Shown here: in pieces, positions 35,739 to 45,179 of the stretch
Layout of the letters: each line of letters begins with the position of its first letter
Position numbering within the stretch: position 1 is the first letter of the stretch
Assembly: GCA_963662465.1 (NCBI GenBank)
Contig: OY759599.1
Span: forward strand, 5,312,001 to 5,376,000
Reading direction: 5' to 3'
DNA length: 64,000 nucleotides
Origin: Desulfatiglandales bacterium
Lineage (GTDB): Bacteria > Desulfobacterota > DSM-4660 > Desulfatiglandales > Desulfatiglandaceae
The notes under the pieces: model-generated
Seen by the model: the letters and a program-made list of their open reading frames with translations, nothing else
Database searches by the model: none
What the model was told of the DNA's origin: nothing
Made by a program: the position numbers and the translations under genes

Positions 35739-35988
35739 CTTCAACGCTAATCAAAACTGAACCAAGTTTGCTAATGGAAATTGAACCATTGGCTGTCACC
35801 GCCGGTGAGTACGGCCCTCAGGTATAGCGGACGATGAGGGATCCATAAGTGGCGGCAAAGGAGTCGTTGATGTAGATTTACTTTTCAATAAATTTTTATA
35901 AAATCTATTTTCTTTGGATTTGGTTTTCTTCTTCCAAGACAGAGGCTTGGTTAAGTGGAAATGCGATTTACTTTGTAGAATGGATGGT

Positions 35989-36024
35989 GAAGGCCCGAAG
36001 TAGCCGCTTCGGGCCTTCTTTTTT
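35989..36024 (+). terminator. intrinsic terminator inside the IS21 left end
   Basis: GAAGGCCCGAAG-TAGCCG-CTTCGGGCCTTC-T6. Confidence 0.8.
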
Positions 36025-36100
36025 GACCACCGGATAGAGCCGGAAGCCACACACACGCCAATTTTATATAAGTGTGTTTCCGGCCAATTGCAAGGCCGGA

Positions 36101-36517
36101 ATGATGGGAGATGTCCTTTTAAGAGTGGTTCAATGCCGATGTTGTGGTTGCTTTTTTCACGTCTGTCGGTCGTGTTGGCGTGGCCAGGCCTATTGTGGGG
36201 AACGATGTCGCAGGATACGCCAAAGACAGCTGCACCGGAAAGCTCAGGGGAAATACCGCAATTCGAAAAAAGGGAAAGAGCGCCGTCGTTTGTACGAAAA
36301 AACAAAAAAATCCAAAAAAAATGGACTGAACCCTGGTGATGATAGTTCAACACCTCAAAAAGACTGTGATATTGAACCCAAAAAGCGGTCGGGGAACCGA
36401 CCCAGCTGTCTTTTTTGCGGGTCGATCGGGGTTGTTGTGGACCATTTTCCTCGCCGTGCTTATGCAGGGAGGGTTTTTTCAGATGTAACAGGCTTTGAGA
36501 AAACCCCATATCCATGA
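36101..36517 (+). CDS. Cys-rich (zinc-finger-like) basic protein
   Basis: CRCCGCFFHVCRSCWRGQAYCGERC plus C-terminal CLFCG; first gene of the coupled operon. Confidence 0.65.
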   Translation: MMGDVLLRVVQCRCCGCFFHVCRSCWRGQAYCGERCRRIRQRQLHRKAQGKYRNSKKGKERRRLYEKTKKSKKNGLNPGDDSSTPQKDCDIEPKKRSGNRPSCLFCGSIGVVVDHFPRRAYAGRVFSDVTGFEKTPYP

Positions 36518-36529
36518 CAGGAGAAAAAA

Positions 36530-36949
36530 ATGATCAAAAAAAGAGTCCTTTTTCCCGAAAGAGTGCGTGTCATCAATGGAAGCTTCGGCTTTCTGGAGCA
36601 TCGTTTTTTGAGAAACGGCTTTTGGGAGAGCCTGAATCATCATGAGCTGCTGCTCTACATTTTTCTGGTGTTGGTATCTGACAAAAACGGGCTCTCTTAT
36701 TATGGTTACGACAGAATCTGCCGGATTTTAAAGGTGCATTTGGATCAATATATCGATGCCCGCGATGGCTTGTTGGACAAGGATCTGATTGGGTTTGATG
36801 GCCGTCTGTTTCAGGTTCTTTCGCTTCCCAGACGTCCTGTGATTGTGAAACAGGTAAAGGAGATCCGGCAAGGAAATTGGGTCAGTCTTGGAGAAACCAT
36901 AGAGGAAATCTTTCGGGAGACTGGGTATGGAATCCATCCGAACCGTTGA
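36530..36949 (+). CDS. winged-HTH-like protein
   Basis: ELLLYIFLVLVSDKNGLSYYGYDRICRIL pattern; RBS AGGAG. Confidence 0.7.
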   Translation: MIKKRVLFPERVRVINGSFGFLEHRFLRNGFWESLNHHELLLYIFLVLVSDKNGLSYYGYDRICRILKVHLDQYIDARDGLLDKDLIGFDGRLFQVLSLPRRPVIVKQVKEIRQGNWVSLGETIEEIFRETGYGIHPNR

Positions 36950-37811
36950 TATTCATTTGCTGGAGTTGCGTTACGCTCATTGCCGGATAATGAATCACCA
37001 GGCTTTAAAGCGATTGAGGGATTCCATCGAAACTTACGGGCAGATCGTTCCGGCCCTGGCTATTGAAGAAAAAGACAAACTGATTCTGATTGATGGCTAC
37101 CTGCGTGTTCGAGCGCTTTGTGCTTGTGGAAAGGACCGGATATGTGTCCAATTCTCAAAAGAAAACGAACAAAATGCCATGTTTTCGCTTTTAACCAAGG
37201 CCAATGAACGGCAATGGGAAGTCATTGAGCAGTCTGTTTTACTTCAGGAATTACATCGGCGTTTTGGGTGCAGCCTCTCCCATATTGCAACCCGAATAGG
37301 GCGCGACAAGAGTTTTGTAAAACGGCGGCTGGACCTGGTTGAAGCCCTGCCGGAAAATATTTTGAGAACCGTGATTGCAGGCTCACTTTCAACCTGGGCT
37401 GCCAGCCGTGTCATGGCGCCGTTGGCGCGCGCCAACGGTGAAGACGCACAAAAACTGTTGGCCCACCTGGAAAAAGAACCTCTATCCACAAGGGAACTGG
37501 CCCGTTTCTACGCACATTACCAGAAAAGCAACCGGTCTGTTCGAGACCACATGCTGGAAAATCCATCCCTTTTCATAAAAGTTCTCGAACAAAGAACCCA
37601 GTCTAAACAAGCCAAAGAAGTTCATGATGGACCGGAAGGCAAATGGTTCAAGGATATTGAAATGGTATATGCGGTTCTCAAACGTCTGGTGAAAACCGTT
37701 TCGCATGTCCATTACCCAAAAAGCGATCAGTTGAAGAAACAAACGCTCAAAACCTGGGTGAAAAAGATAGAAAAACAAGCACTGGAACTCAAGAAAGCGA
37801 CCCAATTATGA
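36927..37811 (+). CDS. ParB/Srx N-terminal domain + HTH protein
   Basis: SIETYGQIVP, LIDGYLRVRA ParB-like boxes; HTH SLSHIATRIGRDKSFVKRRL. Confidence 0.85.
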   Translation: MESIRTVDIHLLELRYAHCRIMNHQALKRLRDSIETYGQIVPALAIEEKDKLILIDGYLRVRALCACGKDRICVQFSKENEQNAMFSLLTKANERQWEVIEQSVLLQELHRRFGCSLSHIATRIGRDKSFVKRRLDLVEALPENILRTVIAGSLSTWAASRVMAPLARANGEDAQKLLAHLEKEPLSTRELARFYAHYQKSNRSVRDHMLENPSLFIKVLEQRTQSKQAKEVHDGPEGKWFKDIEMVYAVLKRLVKTVSHVHYPKSDQLKKQTLKTWVKKIEKQALELKKATQL

Positions 37812-39190
37812 TCCGACAATCCAAAAAAGATGCCATTGTGGAATTGAAAAAAACCGGCATGAGTTTGCGCGACATCGCCAAAACCCTGAAGGCCGGTCGC
37901 AATACCGTCACGAAGGTTTTAGATGATCATGACGAAGAGGCGGTACCCCAAAGGAACTCCCGGTATGAAGAACATGTCCCGTTGATCCGCGAGCTTTTCA
38001 AGGAATGTAAAGGAAATGCCGTGCGAGTAGCCGAGGAACTGGAAAGCCGCCAACAGATCAAAATCCCTTATCAGAGTCTGACCTGGATTATGAGAAAGTA
38101 CGAGATCCGGGAACGTAAAAAAAGACGGGCGGGCCAATACCATTTTAAACCCGGTCAGGAGATGCAGCATGATACGTCACCCCATCTGGTTGTCATTAAT
38201 GGGAAAAAAATGTCGACCCAGTGCGCGTCCCTGACCCTGGCCTTTTGCCGAAGGATTTTTATTCAGTATTACCCCTGTTTTACCCGGTTTGAGTGCAAGG
38301 TTTTCCTAAAAAAAGCATTCGAGTTTATGGACGGGGTGTGTTCCCGGTGCATGGTTGACAACACCAATGTTATTGTGGCCGGCGGCACCGGGCCTGATGC
38401 ATTGATTGCGCCTGAAATGAAATACTTCGGCGATATGTATGGAACCCGGTTTGAGGCCCATGCTGTAGGAGACGCCAATCGAAGTGCCCGTGTGGAAAGG
38501 CCTTTTCATTTTGTGGAAAACAATTTTCTTCCCGGTAGAACATTTGTTAGCTGGCAGGATTTGAACCGGCAGGCAATCGACTGGTGCCGGAATACAAGCG
38601 ATAAAAAGTTTAAACGGGCTTTAGGGATGACGCCGGATGAGGCCTATGTCATTGAAAAGCCATATCTCATTGATTTACCGGCATACCAGCCGCCAGTCTA
38701 TGTGGCAGAACACAGGGTAGCCGATGTTCAGGGATATGTGCACTTGGACACCAACCGCTATTCAGTCCCTGAAGCGCTGATTGGGAACTCCCTGGAAGTA
38801 CAGAAACATTGGCTCAAGGTCATCGTTTACGACAAAAACACAAAAGTGGCGGAACATGACCGCATACTGGATAAACGCAACACCCGAACAACCCTGCCCG
38901 GTCACCATGTTCCCATTCGAAGAAAAAAAGATCCCCGAATCCCTTCAAAAGAAGAACAGCTGTTGACGGGAGAGGATGCCATCCTGGATGAGTATGTGGC
39001 TGAACTGAAGAAAAGAAGTCACGGTCGCGGTGTGGTCAAGTTACGTCGGTTGCTTCATCTGAAACGCACTTATCCCGGGGAACCTTTTTTGAAAGCCATA
39101 ACACAGGCGCTTAAATATGGACTTTTTGATTTGTCGCGTCTGGAAAACATTATTCTCGATTATATCGCGGGAGACTTTTTTGATCTATGA
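37808..39190 (+). CDS. istA: IS21 family transposase IstA
   Basis: N-terminal HTH; PGQEMQHD, VDN, ARVERPF DDE residues; NRYSVP. Confidence 0.93.
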   Translation: MIRQSKKDAIVELKKTGMSLRDIAKTLKAGRNTVTKVLDDHDEEAVPQRNSRYEEHVPLIRELFKECKGNAVRVAEELESRQQIKIPYQSLTWIMRKYEIRERKKRRAGQYHFKPGQEMQHDTSPHLVVINGKKMSTQCASLTLAFCRRIFIQYYPCFTRFECKVFLKKAFEFMDGVCSRCMVDNTNVIVAGGTGPDALIAPEMKYFGDMYGTRFEAHAVGDANRSARVERPFHFVENNFLPGRTFVSWQDLNRQAIDWCRNTSDKKFKRALGMTPDEAYVIEKPYLIDLPAYQPPVYVAEHRVADVQGYVHLDTNRYSVPEALIGNSLEVQKHWLKVIVYDKNTKVAEHDRILDKRNTRTTLPGHHVPIRRKKDPRIPSKEEQLLTGEDAILDEYVAELKKRSHGRGVVKLRRLLHLKRTYPGEPFLKAITQALKYGLFDLSRLENIILDYIAGDFFDL

Positions 39191-39906
39191 AAAAGAAAAT
39201 TGAACAGTTACTCATTGATTTGAAGTTTAAAGGCATGCTGAAGGCTCTCGAAGAACAGTTGGCTTCGGCTGAAAAGAACGGTTTTTCCATTCACGAGGTC
39301 ATCTACAATCTCCTGGCTGAGGAATTACGTTTCCGGCAGGAGCGCAGCATGATCTATCGGGTCCAGATTGCAAAGCTTCCATGGGAATGGACCCTCAACT
39401 CCTTTCCGTTTGATCTTCAGCCGGGAATACAGAAGAGCCGGATCATGACGTTGTCCGGCCTTGACTTTATCAGCCGAAGAGAAAACATCGTGTTCCATGG
39501 AAAAACCGGCGTCGGCAAAACGGGATTGGCCGTGGGGATCCTTCGTCAAGCCATTATTGCCGGGTACCGGGGGCGTTTTTATAATGTTCAGGATTTGCTG
39601 GATCAGCTCTATGCGTCTTTGGCAGATCGGTCCACCCCGAAACTCCTCAATGCCCTTTGCAGATATGACCTGCTTCTGCTCGATGAACTGGGATACCTGA
39701 CCCTCAAAAAAGAGCAGATGAACGCCTTTTTTAAACTCATGAAAGATCGCTATGAAGCCGGTCGGTCCACAATTATTACGACCAATCTTCAACCTGAACA
39801 ATGGTATTCGCTGCTTGAACCAAAGGACATGGTCGATGCCTTGCTGGATCGTCTCAACCATCGCTGCATCAACATTCATATTGATGGTCCTTCCCTCAGA
39901 AAATGA
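39187..39906 (+). CDS. istB: IS21 helper ATPase IstB
   Basis: GKTGVGKT Walker A, LLLDELGY Walker B, ITTN, ALLDRL. Confidence 0.95.
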   Translation: MKKKIEQLLIDLKFKGMLKALEEQLASAEKNGFSIHEVIYNLLAEELRFRQERSMIYRVQIAKLPWEWTLNSFPFDLQPGIQKSRIMTLSGLDFISRRENIVFHGKTGVGKTGLAVGILRQAIIAGYRGRFYNVQDLLDQLYASLADRSTPKLLNALCRYDLLLLDELGYLTLKKEQMNAFFKLMKDRYEAGRSTIITTNLQPEQWYSLLEPKDMVDALLDRLNHRCINIHIDGPSLRK

Positions 39907-40004
39907 GATGTTCGCCAAAGGGCCGGTTTTGAGGTCTGAATATCACCGGTCTGTTTGAATCTCGTTACACGAATATCAGAAATTACCTTGTCTTGGAGCT
40001 TGAA

Positions 40005-40202
40005 ATGAGAGGTGGAAAACGGGTAGGCGCCGGCCGAAGAAAGAAACCGGAACATTTGAGACGTGAACTGCTCACCATTCGTCTCCCCAAATGGATGATT
40101 CTACAGCTGAAAAAAAACGGGGAAATTGGATATTTGATTGAGGATCAATTGGCGAAGGGAGGCCTCCTGAATTTACCGGACGACTATGACATAGACAAAT
40201 AG
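40005..40202 (+). CDS. small putative DNA-binding protein inside the IS21 element
   Basis: MRGGKRVGAGRRKK followed by RHH-like LTIRLPKW. Confidence 0.5.
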   Translation: MRGGKRVGAGRRKKPEHLRRELLTIRLPKWMILQLKKNGEIGYLIEDQLAKGGLLNLPDDYDIDK

Positions 40203-40467
40203 TTCCTCAATAAGCATTGCCCTTAACCGAAAAATCTAATCCCCTCTTCTCTGCCATCACCATATTGATGGTATCCTCATCACTGATTCTTCAACCAGAA
40301 CGCTACGTGTCTCACCAGCATTTTTAAAATACCATCTGATATACTCTTTCATGCAACCTCTAACAAATTTACAAGAAAACCCTTCTAAAAGGAAAAGACC
40401 AGTGCGCAATATCTGGTTCCGTTTGGATTAGCAAAACTGGTTCCATTTTAGTTAGCGCCCAAGATAA

Positions 40468-41881
40468 GGGAATTCCCAAGAAATAACCTACGCATTATTT
40501 CAAACATAATGTTATCCTGAAAAGATAAATGCATCAGAATCTTTATTTGCATTGAAACGCAATTTAAAAAAATGAGGGGACAAAAATTGAAGGAGGTGGT
40601 ATGAGCATAATGTATGAAAGACATGAAATTCATACATTGAAAAAAGTAACGGGTAAAAAGAATGAACGGAGAAACAAAAAATCTGATAAAAGATGCATGC
40701 AGACGACTGACTGGTTACAAAAGAAGAGCATATCAGGCCGACATTACCAGGAAATATTTCAACGGGAGTGCATACAAAGCCGAACGGGAGATGGGATGGG
40801 GGAGAGAGTGTGTAACAAAAGGCCTTAAAGAAGCCGAAAGCGGGATCAGATGCATGGATAATTTTCAGGGACGGGGAAAAAAGAAAACAGAAGACACGAT
40901 TCCCGGTATTAAAGAAGACATAATATCCCTTGCAGAACCTCAAACTCAGGCGGACCCTACCATGAAAAGCTCTATCACATATACAAGAATTACAGGAAAA
41001 GCTCTCAAAAAGGCACTGATTGATGAGAAAGGATACGACGGTGAGGATCTTCCCTCGAAAAACACTCTGATCAACATGTTGAACCGCATGGGATACAACC
41101 TGAAACGAGTCCTGAAATCCAAACCTGCGAAAAAGATAAAACAGGTCGATGAAATATTTGAAAATGTATGGAAGGCAAACCGTGACTCCGATGAGAATCC
41201 CAACTCTCATCGGATTTCTATTGATGCCAAGGCAAAAGTGAATATAGGCGAGTTCTCAAGAAACGGAAAGTCACGGGATCGGGAAGCGAAGAAAGCTGAA
41301 GACCATGATATGAATCCCGAAATGAAATTGGTTCCGTACGGTATTCTTGACGTTTTGAGCGGAATGCTTTCTATTTTTTTCGGCACATCTTTTGAAACAA
41401 GTGATTTCATCGTTGACTGTTTAGAGATGTGGTGGGAAAAAAACAGAATTACCTATCTTCATATAAACGAGTTGGTTATCAATCTTGACAATGGTCCGAA
41501 TTCAGCAAGCGGTCGGACTCAATTCATTCGCAGAATGACCGAATTCAGTGACAAAACAGGTTTGCGAATCCGCCTGGTTTATTATCCTCCCTATCATAGT
41601 AAGTACAATCCGGTTGAAAGATGTTGGGGAATATTGGAGGGACATTGGAACGGAGAAATATTGGATTCAATATCAAAAGCAGTCAATTGGGCATCTACGA
41701 TGACATGGAAAGGGATAAAGCCCATTGTCACGTTGCTGGAAAAGGCATATAAGAAGGGAATCCGGCTTACAAAAAAAGAAATGAAACCTTACAAAAACAG
41801 AATTAAACGTTCCGACACACTGCCCAAATGGGATGTACTTATTGAATCTGGAGTTGGGTAGTTTATTTCTTGGGAATTCCC
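40468..41881 (+). mobile_element. ISAzo13-family IS
   Basis: 19-bp perfect IR GGGAATTCCCAAGAAATAA; 3-bp TSD TAA (40465-67, 41882-84). Confidence 0.92.
40662..41861 (+). CDS. ISAzo13 family transposase
   Basis: ISIDAKAKV, LDNGP, YYPPYHSKYNPVER. Confidence 0.93.
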   Translation: MNGETKNLIKDACRRLTGYKRRAYQADITRKYFNGSAYKAEREMGWGRECVTKGLKEAESGIRCMDNFQGRGKKKTEDTIPGIKEDIISLAEPQTQADPTMKSSITYTRITGKALKKALIDEKGYDGEDLPSKNTLINMLNRMGYNLKRVLKSKPAKKIKQVDEIFENVWKANRDSDENPNSHRISIDAKAKVNIGEFSRNGKSRDREAKKAEDHDMNPEMKLVPYGILDVLSGMLSIFFGTSFETSDFIVDCLEMWWEKNRITYLHINELVINLDNGPNSASGRTQFIRRMTEFSDKTGLRIRLVYYPPYHSKYNPVERCWGILEGHWNGEILDSISKAVNWASTMTWKGIKPIVTLLEKAYKKGIRLTKKEMKPYKNRIKRSDTLPKWDVLIESGVG

Positions 41882-41884
41882 TAA

Positions 41885-42658
41885 GAAAGGATGATCGCCT
41901 CGTTTAACTCCCAGAATATAATGAAAGTTTTGCTTTTGTATTTCCTCTATATGGGGTGCATTCGAACTTAACGCGTCTTCTGTAATGATGAGAGACAGAT
42001 GCGGATGATCCCTTTTCAGCTTACTCAAGAAACGTTTCGCTGCATTACGCTCACAGTCGTTTTTGCTTTGGCCGTCCTGCTTTACTATGAATTCCGGAGC
42101 AAGCGGAATGACCTCTTTGAAATCGGGATGCACAATCGCTGCCCCCAGCATCTGCTGGTAATAGGTCTTTTCGCCGGTTTTTTTCGATACTTTTACCAAA
42201 CAATTATCAGAGTAGAGCTTTTTCGAAGAGAAAAAGCCCGTTCCATCCAAAGATAGAAGATAACATCCTTCGAAAAAAGTCATACGTTCAAGCACTTTTC
42301 CTCTTTGCAGTTCCCAGAAGATATTCCTAAACGGTTTCCGAAGTTCTTCTGCGAGTACTTCATCAAGAATAGTGCGCATCTGACTGTCGCAAGGAACTTT
42401 TCCTATATGGTATATTCCAGCCAGATTACTATCGGTTTTTCTTCTTCCATCAAAAGCAAGCAATGAGGGATCCTTGAGCGAAAACATTGAAAACCCGGAC
42501 ATCAGTGCATCCGCCATTGGGATTTCGGGATCCTCACGATAGTCAGACACCTCCGAAAAATCTTTATGCAAACGTTTGAGCATTGCGTCTGCATTTAGAT
42601 GCTTGCGAATTCCAATCTTGCCCTTTTGTTTTTTTCTTTCTTGGCGTGTGATTCCCAT
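41885..42658 (-). pseudogene. ISNCY-type DDE transposase, 3'-truncated
   Basis: FSLKDPSLLAFD, LDGTGFFSS, KNDCERNAAKR, EDALSSNAPH; interrupted after GDHPFL; probable element end CAGCAATTCCCGC at 42848. Confidence 0.8.
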
Positions 42659-42875
42659 AGGGAGTAATCATCGTTCAAGTTGCTCCCAAAGTCCAGTTTT
42701 TCCTGAAAGATGCCAAATTTTTTTTTATTTCTTTTGAAAATTTGAGAAAAAAGCCTTTCTGGGTTATTCATTCAATGTAAACCTTTACGAAAAGGAAATA
42801 CCAAAATGTACTGTTTTCAGGCCTTTCAAGGGTGAGCGGGAATTGCTGTACCTCCTTTAATCTTGATTTAAAGAC

Positions 42876-43252
42876 CTATTTTTTCTTTGAAATGATGACG
42901 TACCTGCTAGTTACACCGATTATTTTTTTCTTTTGCATAGCGGATACTACATTTGCCTTAAAACGCTCTGAGGAGAGTGGCGCCTGAAAAATATGAGTTT
43001 CCTGCCAGCCGCTTTGATTTAGAATCCAAAGGTAATCATTGATTAAAATCGAATTCACCCGGGTCTCATTTTTGGCAGGGGTGTTTTGGAAATCGCGCCA
43101 GTCAGCATTGATAAATGCCATCTGTGTACTCTGTTTGGCGTTCAGGTGTGCCAGCGTAAAAAAGCTTTTTAGAAATTTTAAATAGTTCGCTTTTGACATT
43201 CCTGATATGCCATCAGGATCGTAGTTGTTTGATTGCTTTTTAAAATAATAGA
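42876..43252 (-). pseudogene. C-terminal fragment of a probable DNA methyltransferase-like protein
   Basis: Open frame with AFINADWRDFQ motif; 5' part replaced by a MITE at 43253. Confidence 0.45.
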
Positions 43253-43695
43253 GGCTCATCGCGGATTGACGTGAAAACATTCCCGGAGGGGAAAAGTTGT
43301 ATAGTCCGTAGGTCAGGTTGTCCCGCGTTCACTTTTTTACCTCGAAATTTCGATTTTCATGCCAGCCCCCATGAACGTACAAAATTCCACATGTCCACAC
43401 GCGGGATTACCTGACATTGATTCGGCATAAACCGATAATCCCATTGGCGACGTTGGGGTGGTGAGAATGTCAGGGAACGGCGCGTTGAGGTTTTTTCGGT
43501 CGTTTGATGGATTTCAACCCATTTGGGGTTCAACAGCGTCAGAGGAAAAAACGGGACGCGCCGCACCCTGACCTACCACGTGGGAAAAATAACCATGGGA
43601 TCGTCGGGTTCCGAATACATACGATTCTTTATGACGAATGCACCGAGGTTTTTCTTGGTGACGAAACATTTTTTCACGTTAATCCGCGTTGAGCC
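43253..43695. mobile_element. MITE-like element (443 bp)
   Basis: 25-bp terminal IR GGCTCATCGCGGATTGACGTGAAAA with 2 mismatches; no transposase. Confidence 0.7.
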
Positions 43696-43710
43696 GAAAT
43701 TTTAAAAACA

Positions 43711-43793
43711 AATATCGAATATCGAACAAGGAATGTCGAATTATGAAGTTTTCCTTCGACATTCGTTATTCCTTGTTCGATATTTTGCGGTTC
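43711..43793. repeat. heptamer-built palindromic repeat, copy 2
   Basis: AATATCG AATATCG AACAAGG AATGTCG...ATTCCTTGTTCGATATT..GCGGTTC. Confidence 0.8.
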
Positions 43794-44023
43794 AAAAAGA
43801 GGCATTAAATACAACGTGTTACAAATGTGAGAGATAAACTCTCAGAATGAAACTGTAAGAATCTAACCCCTTCCAAAACCAAAGTCAAGATTCTGAAATT
43901 ACAGGTTCATTTTCTTTTGACAGGCCCGTTGTAAAGAAGCGGGGAACGCTCTTCCGTTATTCAGTCGAGTGCCATCCCCGGCGGGTGGGAAGGCTATTGA
44001 AGTCGCAGCAAGTTAGGCACATT

Positions 44024-44242
44024 TCACGCCACTTGATAGATCAATGGACGAAAATGAGGGGTTGGTATCGGTTTGCCATTGGCACGTGCTGCTTCAAGCC
44101 ATGCCTTTTTTGCCTTCAACGCTTCCCGCAATGCTTCCTCCGGCGTTTTGCCAAAGGCCGAGCAATGTTTCAAGTCAGGAATATCTGCAATGTAGCCCTC
44201 ATCCTCTTCGCTGTAAAACACATTGACATGATACTCTTTCAG
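44024..44242 (-). CDS. hicB: HicB family antitoxin
   Basis: YHVNVFYSEEDEGYIADIPDLKHCSAFGKTPEEAL; start appears as CTG overlapping the hicA stop. Confidence 0.85.
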   Translation of the reverse strand: MKEYHVNVFYSEEDEGYIADIPDLKHCSAFGKTPEEALREALKAKKAWLEAARANGKPIPTPHFRPLIYQVA

Positions 44243-44493
44243 TTGCCATCCTCCATTTTAAGATCATACCGTTCAATAAGTTGCAGTAGTTGTTTTACCT
44301 GATATGGTTTTGCTTTTCCGTTGACATCTTGAAGGTTTACCAGTTCTGATACCTCGGGATGTGCAAAAATGTGATGGCTCCCATTGATACGCTGTTACCG
44401 AGATCCAAAGATCTCAGCACCTGCAACCGCCTCAGAAAACCGGATATTTTTTGAACCGGAAAGCAGTTTTTGCAACAGTTTGCTTTTATTCAT
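44239..44493 (-). pseudogene. hicA: HicA toxin with in-frame nonsense codon
   Basis: NIRFSE..FGSR*QRINGSHHIF..GKAKPYQVKQ; TAA at codon 33 (44395-44397). Confidence 0.85.
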
Positions 44494-44568
44494 ATCTTTC
44501 TCGTGTATCGATATCTTTCGTGGATTTTCGCGTGTGAAAAAAGCGGGACGTTATCATTGAGTAACTAA

Positions 44569-44676
44569 AGGGAATTGGTATGGCCCGTAATCATTGGAAC
44601 AGTTCGTGATCAGAGTCGGCAGGCCGTATGTCCTGAAATAGGCCCGAACGAAATGATCCGAACCGGCTTTTGAGGA
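44569..44676 (-). pseudogene. rfbB: internal fragment of dTDP-glucose 4,6-dehydratase
   Basis: [36 protein letters not shown]. Confidence 0.8.
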
Positions 44677-44689
44677 GGTGATGTGTTTT

Positions 44690-44919
44690 TCAGGCATAAG
44701 CGGGAGGCTGTATCCCCATATTTTCCATCAGTTCCGTAAGAGAAACTTTTCGATAAAGTGCCAATTCTGATAGATATCGCATGCGCTGAGCTTCCATTTT
44801 TTCGATTTGGTCTGTTAATCGCAACAATTCACTATATTCTTCTGAACTTAGTGCCTCATCCCGCCTTTTATCAATTAGTTCATCATATTGTTCCTGAACT
44901 TCTGCCGGCAATCCTTGAT
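44690..44919 (-). pseudogene. C-terminal fragment of a small acidic hypothetical (antitoxin-like) protein
   Basis: QGLPAEVQEQYDELIDKRRDEALSSEEYSELLRLTDQIE..; 5' end lost at the REP. Confidence 0.5.
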
Positions 44920-44929
44920 TCGCAGGTCC

Positions 44930-44955
44930 GTAGGGGCGGACCTATGTGTCCGCCC
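44930..44955 (+). repeat. GTAG-type REP palindrome
   Basis: GTAG-GGGCGGAC-CTATGT-GTCCGCCC. Confidence 0.75.
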
Positions 44956-45021
44956 TTCTTGTTTGGGCCCGCCTGTATAACTTTTTTGGGGTTGGTTTTA
45001 ATTTCGCCCACTGTTAAAAGA

Positions 45022-45118
45022 GAACCGCAGAATGTCGAACAAGGAATATCGAATGTCGAAGTATAATGCGCTGTTTTGATTTCATAATTCAACATTCCCT
45101 GTTCGACATTCGACATTC
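45022..45118. repeat. heptamer-built palindromic repeat, copy 3
   Basis: GAACCGCAG AATGTCG AACAAGG AATATCG...CCTGTTCGACATTCGACATTC, inside a larger inverted repeat. Confidence 0.8.
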
Positions 45119-45179
45119 AAAACATACTGGTGGGCGATGTTAGAACCAAGCCCGAAAATACCAAGGAAACAATGAATAA

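Larger units (their letters stand above)
35739..40463 (+). mobile_element. extended IS21-family element (4725 bp) with accessory genes
   Basis: Imperfect terminal IRs CTTCAACGCTAATCAAAACTGAACCA / CTTGGGCGCTAACTAAAATGGAACCA, each with a second internal GCTAAT..AA..GAACCA repeat; istA and istB inside. Confidence 0.85.

Noticed and set aside
43357..43566. RAYT/Y1 transposase remnant suggested by MPNQCQVI
   Set aside because: HUH histidines are absent and there are no other Y1 motifs
43861..44017. Full attC after hicB (GCCTAAC...GTTAGAT on the minus strand)
   Set aside because: 157 bp long with no convincing internal palindrome
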